This document shows, piece by piece, positions 26,708 through 38,604 of a stretch of 61,197 bases of DNA (position 1 is its first letter; each line of letters opens with the position of its first letter). The DNA is from Ionaspis alba. Taxonomy: Eukaryota. The DNA is taken from the NCBI GenBank assembly GCA_964255285.1, contig CAXUUL010000024.1:1-61197 (forward strand). Reading direction: 5' to 3'. A model generated the notes under the pieces. The model had not been told where the DNA came from, ran no database searches, and worked only from the letters and a program-made list of their open reading frames with translations. The position numbers and the translations under genes are program-made.

Positions 26708-27221
26708 GTCGATATTGTACAGCTTGAAGAAGGCTTTCATCGTTCGTCAAAAGGCAAGCGAATGGTGCTTGAAGTTGACCACCTTCATGTTGGTGTCCGA
26801 TACTCTGGATCTGCAAACAATGGGTGGGAACGCAAGTAGCGTGGCCTCGTCTCTGATTGCAGACCACTTGTTTGTTTCTATATACTTGGGGCAAGTTTTG
26901 TACGGGCTGACTCGGGCTATCAAAAACTTGGTTGAAATGGTATAACTCTCAAGGTTGAGCTTTACTTCTCGTTAGTAATGGTCTCTCTTAATGCTTGACT
27001 CCAGCATATTACTACCTTCCCAATGTGCCGCCATGTGAACGCTTAGTCCCCGCACATGGAAAGCGCGCGAAGCACAGGAAGCCACGATGTTGACCAGTAG
27101 AGTTGTGTGATTTCACTTCTATCTGCTACAATCCACCCTTGTGCTCTATTCTAACATTTGAATTTTCTACCCCCTACTACTCCCTTTGCTCGGTTTTACT
27201 CCTCCGAAAAGTTGAGGGGAA

Positions 27222-27551
27222 AAGGTCGTTCTCGGTGATATGCAGTGCGTCCAGCAGGGCAAGGCAATGACGTTGACGGCCCAGCCGGAGAAAGTGAAGG
27301 GGAAGGGGATTGTGCCGGTGCTTTCACCCACGCCGGCGTTGTCGAGGAGGAGGAGGGGACGAGCGCGGGCGAGGTAGTTGATGAGGTGGGGGTCCCACCA
27401 GTTCGTGGTGCCGCGGAAGGGGGTCGCCGCTGGATGGATCGAGATGGCGGTGGGCGAAGGTGTGGGAGGGGGTGAGGGTGACGTTGTGGGTTGGGGCTGT
27501 TTGGCGAGTTGTCAAGACTGAGGCAGAGGGTGGGAGTGGAGTGATGCGCAT
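27222..27551 (-). pseudogene. 5' fragment of an alpha/beta-hydrolase, frameshifted and truncated
   Basis: Pieces in three frames: RQTAPTHNV..FAHRH..SSGDPL / FRGTTNWWDPHLINYLARARPLLLLDNAGVGESTGTIP..TFSGWAVNVIA / LLDALHITENDL. A 5-bp duplication (27258-27267) shifts the frame, and similarity ends before the GxSxG motif. Confidence 0.72.
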
Positions 27552-28016
27552 TTCACGATGTATGTCAGGCCATGACAAGTCAAGAAGATGGACTGTCGAG
27601 CAATGGATTGTATGGATAGAATAAGAAACTTGAGATCTATGTTGAATTTGAGAAAGGTCTGTTTCATGCCATTTAGTGATCCAGCAGGAACCGAGCATTA
27701 TACGCAGTCCATAGGAATCCAAAACAGATCGATCAGCGTCGATACTCGAGCGTTTTCACGCAGTTCCGGAATACTGCGGAGAAGAGAGAGCCTCGGTTCG
27801 TCTGACATAATAATGACTGACTGACTGATCCTTCTTCCTCCGTGCACCAGATTGACAATGGTGCCAATGATTGTATTTGCGTCTCAACCGCAATTTCGTG
27901 CACAAGCCTGATGCTTGGCTCTTAGATTTGTTTGACTCCTATCTGGTAGAGTAACGGCGATCGGCACCCGAGCTTTTCAAATCCCATGAATCCTTGAAAA
28001 TGACCCGAAACAGGCC

Positions 28017-28116
28017 NNNNNNNNNNNNNNNNNNNNNNNNNNNNNNNNNNNNNNNNNNNNNNNNNNNNNNNNNNNNNNNNNNNNNNNNNNNNNNNNNNNN
28101 NNNNNNNNNNNNNNNN
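28017..28116. other. Assembly gap (100 N) flanked by exact 55-bp duplication
   Basis: 27962-28016 is identical to 28117-28171. Confidence 0.97.
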
Positions 28117-28522
28117 CGGCACCCGAGCTTTTCAAATCCCATGAATCCTTGAAAATGACCCGAAACAGGCCACTGCAGAAATCTCCAACCAACAACTGAA
28201 TCATCACCAGCCATCACCATCTCTACCGAGCACGATCTCCACACAATCATCAATCCTACACCTGGAGTCTGGGGACTCGCTCTGATTCGGTCTTGTCCGT
28301 ACTGGGATCAACCATTCCACAAGCTTCTTCTCGCGGCGAATAACGTCGAATCCGTAAGCCGGCCACCAAGGGAACAACAATCCCTCCATGCTCGCAATTG
28401 CCGTCCTCTGCCTTTCCCTGATCTCGCAATTCTCGTCCGTCATGTTCATGCCAATCGTAGACCATCGTCATCCGTCCATCCACCGATCCATCCTCTTACC
28501 GGGAAGGAATCCTACAGGCGAT

Positions 28523-28525
<3 letters not shown>

Positions 28526-28555
<30 letters not shown>
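28526..28555. repeat. (AAT)10 microsatellite
   Basis: Seen directly in the sequence. Confidence 0.95.
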
Positions 28556-28556
<1 letters not shown>

Positions 28557-29912
28557 GATCGATCTTGTTACTGGACTTGTGCTGTGCCAATGCAATGCAG
28601 GACACCCTAGTCTATTCGTAAACGCATACGGAAAGTGTACCTGCTTCAGGCTATCCAGGCATTATCACGACCCTCAGCCAGGGCAAACTTTGCCTCCCCT
28701 TCTACTCCCCTACCTCTTCCCTCCAAGCGTGTGTAAAGTATGTGTGTGGACGATCGCTCTTCCCACCACCACGCTCTTCCTTCTCCGCCACGGGCGTTCC
28801 GCTAGTCGGCTCCGGCTATCTCAAGCGACCAAAGTTTCTTTTTACGTACCAATCTCTCCCTCACTTGAGAGCGTAGTTGCGAAAACTCAGTCTAAGTGGT
28901 AGCTACTCAAGGTTCCACCATCTTCGCATTCCCACAACCCCATCCTTCCCATGTGAACCTCCGAGATCCCACCACCAGAACCGGGGAATATTCGTAAGAG
29001 GATTATCCTATCCTCTTACGAGTCTCCCCAGATGATGAAGCGGGGGGGAAAGGTCGTATGGGTCGCTTCCAGCCCTCATCGGGCGGCGCTCTTGCCGCGC
29101 CGTCTCTTCCGTTGCATGTACGCGCGGGATGACCATTCCTGCGCCAACGCGCCATCCTCCCCACCTATCGCTCCCTCCACGCCCATGCCACGTAGGAGAT
29201 TTTACTTACCCTTCCGCTAGACTAGCCCACCAGCCACCAGTTTCCCTTTTCCCGTCCCGCCATGCTCTCCCCCTCCGGTTAATGCAGCCAGTGTGCACAC
29301 ACCCTGTCGCTGGCTAAGCAACCAAGCAACGCAGGTGTGGTGAATGGATGGGTGGTGGGTCGCGCACCAAAAGAAAGAAGATAAATTTAAGAAACGTGCA
29401 TGCCACGAACGCTCAAGCCGTCTTCCCCGGAGTCGCAGACTCTTACTCTTGCAGAGTACTCTCGTGGAGGCGAGATTGGCTAGCCAGCGTTTCAAGGCAG
29501 GACGCAGCTACCGGCGTAGCGTGGTAGCAAGCCCTTCGATGGCGCCAGGGCCCGTCCGTTCACCTACCACTCCAGTATCCACCGCCTTTTTCTAGGAGGG
29601 GGCCTTCCCACGGTAAGTAGCAGGTTGACAAGGGCTCGGAGCTGCCTCAATGGGCGGGATTGCTGTGGGTAGGGGGATGGGGGCGCTAGAAGTGCCCATG
29701 GCGTTTGAGGCTCCAGACCAGCGCTTTGGTTTGGTGGGTTGACTGGGTAGGTAGGTACCCCCCTGGGAATTAGGATAGCACGAAAAATGGATTCGAAGGC
29801 AATTGTTGGTAGTACTACCACTACTGCTGTAAGTGCATGATTTTCTTTGGTGTCGGAGCTACTGCAATGGCTACTGCAATAGCTACTGCTGCTGGGTTTC
29901 CTTCTGGCCAGT

Positions 29913-30012
29913 NNNNNNNNNNNNNNNNNNNNNNNNNNNNNNNNNNNNNNNNNNNNNNNNNNNNNNNNNNNNNNNNNNNNNNNNNNNNNNNNNNNNNNNN
30001 NNNNNNNNNNNN
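29913..30012. other. Assembly gap (100 N) flanked by exact 55-bp duplication
   Basis: 29858-29912 is identical to 30013-30067. Confidence 0.97.
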
Positions 30013-30204
30013 GCTACTGCAATGGCTACTGCAATAGCTACTGCTGCTGGGTTTCCTTCTGGCCAGTAGTATATCCATGGCGGCTCCAGTTTTTCTCTCG
30101 ATTGGTACCTGTCGTGCATACTCTGTTCCCTCCTCATCCTCCTTTTTCTCCTCCTCCCATCTTTTATCATTTTGTTTTATTGGATTTGGAGAAGCTCCCC
30201 GTTA

Positions 30205-32072
30205 ATGGCAATGGATCACATACATGGTGAAAAAACCGCGGGTGTGGGGAAGACTGGTGTATCGAGTCTGAGGGTCAGCTCGGATGACAATGGCCCTGTC
30301 TCCAAAATCGAATTAGATTCGTCGGCGTCGCGGGATGCGCAAGAGATGGCTCTCATGGGCAAGGTCCAGCAGTTGAAGAGAAACTTCGGGTTCTGGAGTA
30401 TCTTGGGCTTCTCGGCCACCCTCATGGTCACCTGGGAGGGCATCCTCTGCGTCTTCGTGTATGGCCTCACAGACGGCGGTCCAGCGGGCTTGGTGTACGG
30501 CTTCTTGTTCTGTTGGCTGGGGTACCTTGCTGTTGTCTCTTCAATGGCGGAATTGGTCTCCATGTCACCTGTGTCAGGTGGTCAATACCATTGGGTCCAT
30601 CAGCTGGCGCCTCCCAAGTGGAAGAACTTCCTCAGCTATATCACTGGATGGCAGTCCGTCATTGCGTGGCAAGCAGTGCTGGCGAGTGCTGGATATCTCT
30701 CTGGGACCATCCTTCAGGGAATGCTTATTCTCGCGTACCCAGATGGTGCCTTCACGCGTTGGCAGGGAACCCTTCTCGTGTTCGCCATTATGATCTTCTC
30801 CCTCATCTTCAATACCGTTCTGGCGAGTCAGCTCCCCAATGTCGAGCGCGGGATGTTGTTCCTTCACATCGTTGGATTTTTCTGCATCCTGGGTCCATTG
30901 GTCCACTACGCTCCCCACGGATCGGGATCCGACGTCTTCGCGCAGTTCTTGAACCTCGGAGGATATGATAGCATGGGCTTGACATTCTTCGTTGGCATCA
31001 TTACCACTGTTTACGCCTTCCTTGGTAGGTTACTTCCTGCGCCCAATCGGTGTTTCTTGCTGACAATTTACGAGGCGCCGATGGAGCCGTCCATATGTGT
31101 GAAGAAATTGCGAACGCCTCGACCGTCGTTCCTCGAAGCATGATCATCAGTATCGCACTCAATGGTGTCCTCGGATTCTCTATGTTACTGGCGGTCTTAT
31201 TCTGCATTGGTGACATTGAGACTGCTTTGGGAACTGCGACCGGCTTTCCTTTCATCGAGATCATCGCCCAGGCCATTCAGAATACTTCTGGCTCTGTTGC
31301 CATGGTTGCTTTAATTGAGGTCCTAGTGATTTTTGCCACAGTGGCTATGCTTTGTGGTACTTCACGTATGACCTGGGCGTTTGCGCGCGATAAAGGTCTT
31401 CCTGGGTCGAGGTGGCTCGCTAGAGTGAGTGCTACCTTGTCTGTCGTCTATGTTGTGCGACCCCTCCTGGCGGGTTTCCAGCGCATCAGAGCTCGAAAGA
31501 GAATTTTGCTTCATGGGAACAACGACTCAATCCTATTGCTTCAACCAAGCAGAGCAATATGCTACATTTGACCCAGTCACCTCACCAAACGCTAACTTTC
31601 ATTCTCCATTCTCTAGGTCGAACCGCGAACTAAACTCCCCCTCTATTCCATCTGTTTCTCTACCCTGATAACCTGCCTCCTCTCTCTCATCAACATCGGC
31701 TCCTCTGTCGCTTTTAACGCCATCATCTCTCTCGTCGTCGCCGGCTTCCTCGGCTCCTACATCCTCCCCATCTCGCTCTTCCTCTTCCAGCGCATCAAGC
31801 ATCCCGAACTCGTCCATCTCGGCCCCTGGCACATGGGCAAGTTCGGCATTGCTGCCAATATCTTCGCCCTCATCTGGACCGTCATCGCCATGTTCTTCTC
31901 TTTCTGGCCCGTCGCCATCCCTGTGTTACCTGAGACGATGAACTGGTCGTGCCTCCTATATGGATTCACCGTCATCTTCGCTTGCGTATTCTGGTTCGTG
32001 CATGGCAAGAAGCGATACACGGGCCCCGTTGTCGAGGTTATTGTCGAAGACATCAGGCACGGTGTTGCCTAG
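30205..32072 (+). CDS. APC-superfamily amino acid/choline/GABA permease (ACT family), 3 exons
   Basis: MGKVQQLKRNFGFWSILGFS..LM.TWE, GGPAGLVYG, SMAEL.SMSP.SGGQYHWV, GADGAVHMCEEI, SRMTWAFARD.GLP, MNWSCL. Introns 31025-31074 and 31425-31616. The start could be ATG 30205 or 30211. Confidence 0.92.
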
Positions 32073-33679
32073 AAGTACTATCGGGAGGGATTGATCAAGT
32101 ATATATGGTAATCACCTTGAGGCGTTGGAGGCCGATCTTTGGCATGTCCTTCATTGCTTCGACATACAGAACTTCCATTGCATCTGGGCGGAAAGCTCGT
32201 GACGGCCTCATTTTACTTCTTTCTGGTTTCGAAGCAATCGTATGCGATCCCAGCGCCTTCGCCCCCATTTCGTGTGTGTGCGGCGGCTGTCTTGAAAGAT
32301 ATCATGGAATATCGGTTGAGATAGATCGAGTATTCTCATTTAATACATAGCGTTTAGCGCAGGGATCATTCTTACTTTTGTTGGGTTTTAATCCTAAGCA
32401 TCACGGTCTCCAGCGTCTGTTTCTATTCTGCGAAAGCACAACCAGGAGACCTCGATTCCCCTCCTTCTTGATCGCCTTGAATCCTGATCGCGCTCAACGC
32501 ACGCCTCCCTGCCTCTCCATCCCTCACATATCCTCCTTCACGATCTTTCCGACAATGCCTTGAGGCTCTTCAGTTTTCCTCATTTCGACTCATCTATGTC
32601 TAATTCATCATAGCATAGCACCATGCATGCAGAAGAAAAGGAGAGCGTACGGGAAGAATGCCTGCGATCGTGGCGCGCGTAAGTGCCAAGGATGAATTGC
32701 AATGGCGTGGGGACCAAACATGCGAGGCTGTGCATCCGGAGATGAGCGCTTATCGCTGGCGCAGGTCTGCATAGGTAAGGTCTAAGGTATTCTGTGTAAT
32801 GTGAGTATCGAGTCTGAATTGAAGTGGGATGCGCAGGCTGGTTGTCTTGAAGTCTGATTCTAGAATTAAGACGACCTCGAACGTTAGGAGACGGGATGAC
32901 GCTAATTTGAACCATGTGTAGTGGAGAATGAAACCTATCATCAGGTGAGATGAATCTTGCATTTGTCTTTCATTGTTGCATGATAGTATAGCTTGCTCCG
33001 AGAGCCTTCCAAAACCAAGGAGATATCGGATTGTGAAAACGTCTTAACCCAACGGCATGCCAAAACGGGGTTATATCTAAATGTGGTAATGTAAGATCAA
33101 CCGTTGTAAGCAAGAAGTAAGGCACTGAATAGCACGACTATCATATTAAGATGGACTGAAATAGGTAGAGCACCAGTAAGAGGTTACTTCCCAGGCCATA
33201 TATCTCTCACGATCTCGGCTTAAGGCGGATGAGGGATATGAGGAAAAGAGCTGTTGAAAATCCAGTAAGATGGTTAAACCTTGTCAAAGAGTGTCAAGGC
33301 AGTTCATCATACATCTGTAGTCAACAACATGCCTCAATTGGACATTGGACAGACACCATTGAGGTCCGACTTCAAGACGGCCAGAACGGAGTTAACACTG
33401 CATGCCCTAAACTCCGAAATGTGACGCCGTTCTAGACCCTTGTCGAATACATCGAACCCTATCTGCCGTGGGATCTCTGCCACCATTGCTTAGCATCGGC
33501 TATGCCTCGACGCACGATGGTGGCGGAAGGAACGTTCTTGCAGCTCAGAAAGAGAGGTGCATCGTTATTTACCGTTGCGGAAGATGGACTCTACTTCGTG
33601 AGATGAGGCTCTTAACACCAGACCCTCAATCCTGTTCCCACCCAATTCGTTCGAGCCGAATCTACCACAAGAATCAAAG

Positions 33680-35230
33680 ATGAAGCTCTCTTCGAAGCTC
33701 TCTACTGTATGTATAGCTGCAGCCAGGCTTCGCTCGGTGACCTCAATTCCTCTAGATGTCAATGACAATGGTAGGCCATTTGCCACTCCCCACAAGTCCG
33801 CAGTATTCAGAGCCCCATCCCTCAATCACCACTTGGATTCCTTATGCTGACCATGTACCTCTCATAGCGTCAATCAAACGAGCCGCGAGCACAGTCGCCC
33901 ACGGCCTCATGTCCTACTACACCGGGAACATCTCTGCAAGCTCGACACCTCCAGGTTTCTTCCCAGCACCATACTATTGGTGGGAAGCAGGCGCCATCTG
34001 GGGTGCCATGGTGGACTATTGGCATTACACGAACGACCCGAGCTACAACTCCGTGGTCACGCAGGCTTTGTTGTCGCAGATCTCACTGACGAAGGACTTC
34101 ATGCCACCGAATGTGGCAACGCAAGAGGTATAACAAACTATTCCAGGTCATCAGGTTACGACATTTGTACTCGTTAACATGCTTAGGGTAACGACGACCA
34201 AGCGTTCTGGGCGTTTGCCGCCATGTCAGCAGTTGAAAAAGGTTTCCCATATCCCTCGTCCTCTCCGGTCCAATGGCTATACATAGCCGATGCAGTCTTC
34301 AATGATCAAGTCCGACGCTGGGACACAGAAACATGCAATGGAGGTTTGAGGTGGCAGATCCTTTCATCCAACGTCGGATACGGCTACAAGAACGCCGTCT
34401 CAAACGGCGCCTTCTTCCAGCTTGCTGCCCGTCTCGCCCGCTACACCGGCAACCAGACCTATGTCGACTGGGCCGGGAAGACATGGGATTGGATGACCGG
34501 TGTCGGGTTGATAGGTCCAAAATATCATATATTCGATGGCACGAACGTCGACGTCAATTGCTCCGAGATCAACCATTTGGCATTCACCTACACACAAGCC
34601 GTCGTCCTCTACGGTAGCGCCGTGCTCTCGAACTATACCAACGGCTCGGCCCTTTGGAAAGATCGAACGGCCAACCTCCTAGGCGCTACAGCTCAGTATT
34701 TCACGCCCTTCTCCAATGCCTCATACATCATGTTCGAAGCTGCGTGCGAGAGAGAAGGCACATGCAATACCGATCAATTGAGTTTCAAAGCCTACCTATC
34801 GCGCTGGATGGCAGCTTCCGCCCAGATCGTCCCGGAGATCACGGACGCTGTTTCCAGCCTTCTCCAAGCATCTGCGAAGGGCGCTGCGGCTTCTTGTTCG
34901 GGAGGTACGGATGGAGTGACTTGTGGTCAGCGATGGTATACCGGAGGCTGGGACAGTTCTTACGGTGCCGGTCAGCAGCTATCCGCTCTGGAGGTCATCC
35001 AGGGGCTGCTGGCCAACCCGTTGCAACCAGCTGGCGCATTAGCACCTACTGTGGCGAGTTCGGTACATATTATTCAGGCGACTGCGACAACGATGGTGCC
35101 TGTACCGACAGGCGATCCGACTTCTTCGCCAGGGGAGGCTGGTGTTTCCATGAGCTTTGCATCTAGGCATGGCCCGGTGTTCACTGGAGCATTGCTATTT
35201 GTTGTCGCTGGGACTGTGTGTATCTTTTAG
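33680..35230 (+). CDS. GH76 alpha-1,6-mannanase/transglycosylase (Dfg5/Dcw1-like), probably GPI-anchored; 3 exons
   Basis: PYYWWEAGAIWG, catalytic GNDDQAFW, CNGGLRWQI, YKNAVSNGAFFQLAARLARYTGNQTY, CNTDQLSFKAYLSRW, Ser/Thr-rich linker and hydrophobic C-terminus. Confidence 0.92.
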
Positions 35231-36463
35231 ACTCGCGCATGTTCATATTGCATGGTCTTGGGCATATGGATATGAAATACAGGATCAGGCATAGCCAATG
35301 GGAATATTGGTCTAGATATTTATGGATGTCCGTCAAAAAGCGTGCATAAGACACCAAAAGGGATACAGGTTTAGGCTCAGGGACGATATGGGAATATGGC
35401 TTTGTCGGAAAGACCTCGTGCATTGTCGAGCGGGATCGCATTTGCAAGATTAGTCATAGACGCTGACCTAGAGCTGCATAGAACCATAAAAGGTCATTTT
35501 GTGAATAGGAAGCAGAATTCTCAAAGCCGTACGATAATTTGATTATCTTCCTACTTGGTTGGAGAAATTGGAGAGTGATTGCTTCATCAAGATCACTATT
35601 CTCACATGCACGGAACCAATAAAGTCAGTTCTGCAAAGATCCATTCATTCCATTATCACTCATCTGAAGAGAAATCTTGCTCTAGTGGTACAAGTAACTG
35701 ACGTCCGTAAAGGTCAAAAGGTTCGAAAGACATTAAAAACCACCTCAGACTCACCCCTTCCAGTCTGCGGTGCGCTACCTGCATAAGTCGACCTTCTATA
35801 GTCCGACGAAATTTCTACTGCAAACCGCGACAAAGAAGGGTGAGATGCCTGGCCATGGAGTTCCTGCTAGACTTTCTGGTTGAAGAGAGTCCAGTGTGGA
35901 AACTGACGATAGCCATCCGCCAAGATGCCATCGGTGGGGTACCGAAGACAGGTAAGGAAGACTTCCGCCAGTAAAACGTCATGTAAATCGAGTCTTGAGA
36001 AAAGGAAGATCCATCGCACGTAAGCCCCATTCGTCCTTCCTTCCATGAATGCCGCTGACAATTGTGAAGAAAAGGGGAACGAGATGTATAACGCATCCCT
36101 ATGCTCGTGAAGTTTTCCCATCGTTCCGTATCGTACATTTTCGGTTGACTTGCGCCTGATAGAGTGGGAAATGAAAAAGGTCCGTCAACGTGGGGTTCGC
36201 TATTACCCAAGGGCTGATAAGAAGGGGCCGATGGTGAATTATGGCAACAAGTATATCGTGATAGAGGGAAGCTCTGCAAGTGCAAGCTCGATCTATCGAA
36301 AAGAGCAGGAGTATACATTGGATGCTGGTTGTGGCAATGCTGTATTGGCGTGACCGATGAGACGAGCTGGACGCTCTTCGCCGGTAAACTGAGACCATCG
36401 TTTGAGCTTTAAGCAAAGTAGAGTGGAAGTAGGTCGCTTAGTAAGAACGTCAGAGAGACTAGC

Positions 36464-38604
36464 TTAGTGCACAGGATGTTCCGGGAAAATCGGAGAAAGT
36501 GGTTGGAACGGCGCAAGCGCGGGCAGTTGCGATGCACTCCGACCATGATGACCGTTGCTCTGGGCAGTAGGAGGATATAGGTGATCGTTTGGATGAGTGT
36601 TCACGGTCAAGGTGCCTGCTTTTTGTGTGCTTTTTGCGCTTCCAGCCGAGGAGAGTGAGCGGTCTTGGTCATCGAAAGCAACGAGAGGTTCGTCAGCACT
36701 CTCAGCCGAAACCTCGCCGCCCTCAACATCCTCCTGGGCAAGGATGCGGTATTCCTCGTCTAGGTAAGCCTTTTCTGTCCAGCACCCTTGCCAACAATTA
36801 CGCCAGTCCTTGACAAGCCAGCGCAGGCAGACGCGGTTCATCTTGAGAGGTATTGTGAAGCAAACGCTCAGGGCATTGATGTCCATCTTGTTCTTGTCGA
36901 CATAGGCCTGTAAGAGACTCAAGTGGCATGTGATGGCGAACAGGAGGTAGTAGTTGAAGGGTGGCAGCTTGGAGAGTTCATCCTTCAGCATCTGAGGAGC
37001 ACCTTCTTCTCCAGCATGCTTCTCTGTGATTTCATCCTGCGTGGATCTGGGGAGAATCTCGTCCGGAAGTCCGAGAAGCCATGCCTTGAGCACCGAGGCG
37101 ATTGTGTTGACGTCATACAAATCCGGCTGATCGAAGAGGTTGACGTCGAACTCTTGAGTGAAGTTAGCACCAAGATCTGATAGCGGTGGACATGTAGCCT
37201 TACCCGTATCGAAGCGTTGTTTGTACTCGTTAATCTGTGTGGCGCCTCCGGGAACTCGGTAGATACCTTCGGCTTCGCATCCATTGAAGTTCAAGTAGCT
37301 ACTCGGAATGATTAGCGAAGTCCTAGAAGAGAACGCAGTTGTTCACGACTTTGGTCGAACTCACTCTATACATCTCCAGGGGAGCGCAGGCATCCAGAAT
37401 TCTGTTTTGTCCTTGGAGTCTTCCAAGCGTTGCGCGATACGAGTCTGTCGTGTCTGCTCTGCCAAAGGCAAGTTGATGACTTGTAGTTCATACCTTCCCG
37501 GTCCCTGGTTGGGTTGTGGCATAGTTGGTTTGCCTTTAAAGAATCGATTGCCAGCTTTGCCAATGCCTTCAAATCCTTTGCTGGTTTTCTCCTTAAAACC
37601 GTTGAGAAGATTAGACCCACCATCCCGGAAAGTCTGTGATTGTTTGTAATTGAGCTGGCGTCCAGTAAACCTGGGGCCCTTGGCGCCGGCGGATCGGAAG
37701 TCGCCAGATTCAGAGTAAGGTGAGGTATTTCGGCCTGCGGAACGATCACGAGACGACGTTTTCGTGGCTGATGGATCTGAGTATTTGATCTGAGCAGGAG
37801 TTGATGGCTTGGAGTAATCGTCGGAGTCTTCAAAACGGGTTGAATGGTTCCTTTTCATGAGGTTGGCGAATGTTGAGTTACCCTTTCTCCTCGAATCATG
37901 GGTATCGGAAGCATCACCAGTAAACGTGACGGTAGATTGCATCGCAGCAGGGATAGGACGATGTGAAGCTGTAGAGGCTTCTAGGTCATACAGATCAGTA
38001 CTGAATTTTCCGAGTAAGCTTCACGAAAGGGGCTATACGTACCGTTGGGCGTAGGTGGGTTCAGAACTGGTATATCTGGTACAGGTTCCGTAGTCGTGAT
38101 GTCTTTAGCAAAATCCGGCGAGGATTTTGCCTTCTTGAGCCACTTCATGCTGTCGTCCGAGGCCTCTCGGGGTACTTTGCGAATGGTAGATTCAGGGGAT
38201 TGTATCTTGGCTGAGGATTTTGAGGCCTTCAGATTTGCAAAGAACGACCTCGAGGGATCGCGGGCGTGCTTAGGGGTGTGCTGAGGAGATGTAGGAAATG
38301 GTGGTAAAGACGTGAACGTCGGTGACCTTGGGGAGGAGGGTGATTTGGGATGGTCCGGATTCGCAGGATGAGGGTTAGCATTTGGACGGTGCGGAGTGAT
38401 ATCGTCGACCTGAAAAGGAGACTGCAGCGACAAATCGTCCATCAGCCCACTCATCACGTTAACCGCATCGTGACCTCGTTTCGAAGCATCCGTCGATCTG
38501 CGATTGAGCGTTCCACTTGACGTTGGGGACCGCACTAGGTTGCTTGCGGTTTGCGGCGGGGGTGGCATCGTCAACGACAGTCGGGCACTCTTTGTTTTTG
38601 CCAT
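36464..38604 (-). CDS. Rho GTPase-activating protein (RhoGAP domain), multi-exon
   Basis: Low-complexity N-terminus, then DKTEFWMPALPWRCI.YLN..GCEAEGIYRVPG (arginine finger), ASVLKAWL..LPDEILP and LPPFNYYLLFAITCHLSLL. Confidence 0.92.

Noticed and set aside
29833..30069. Cys-rich repeat peptide SYCNGYCNSYCC as a RiPP precursor
   Set aside because: No signal peptide and no KR sites. The apparent second copy is the gap-flanking 55-bp duplicate.
35815..36416. Overlapping ORFs between GH76 and RhoGAP
   Set aside because: No motif or consistent splice model. Probably UTR or intergenic.
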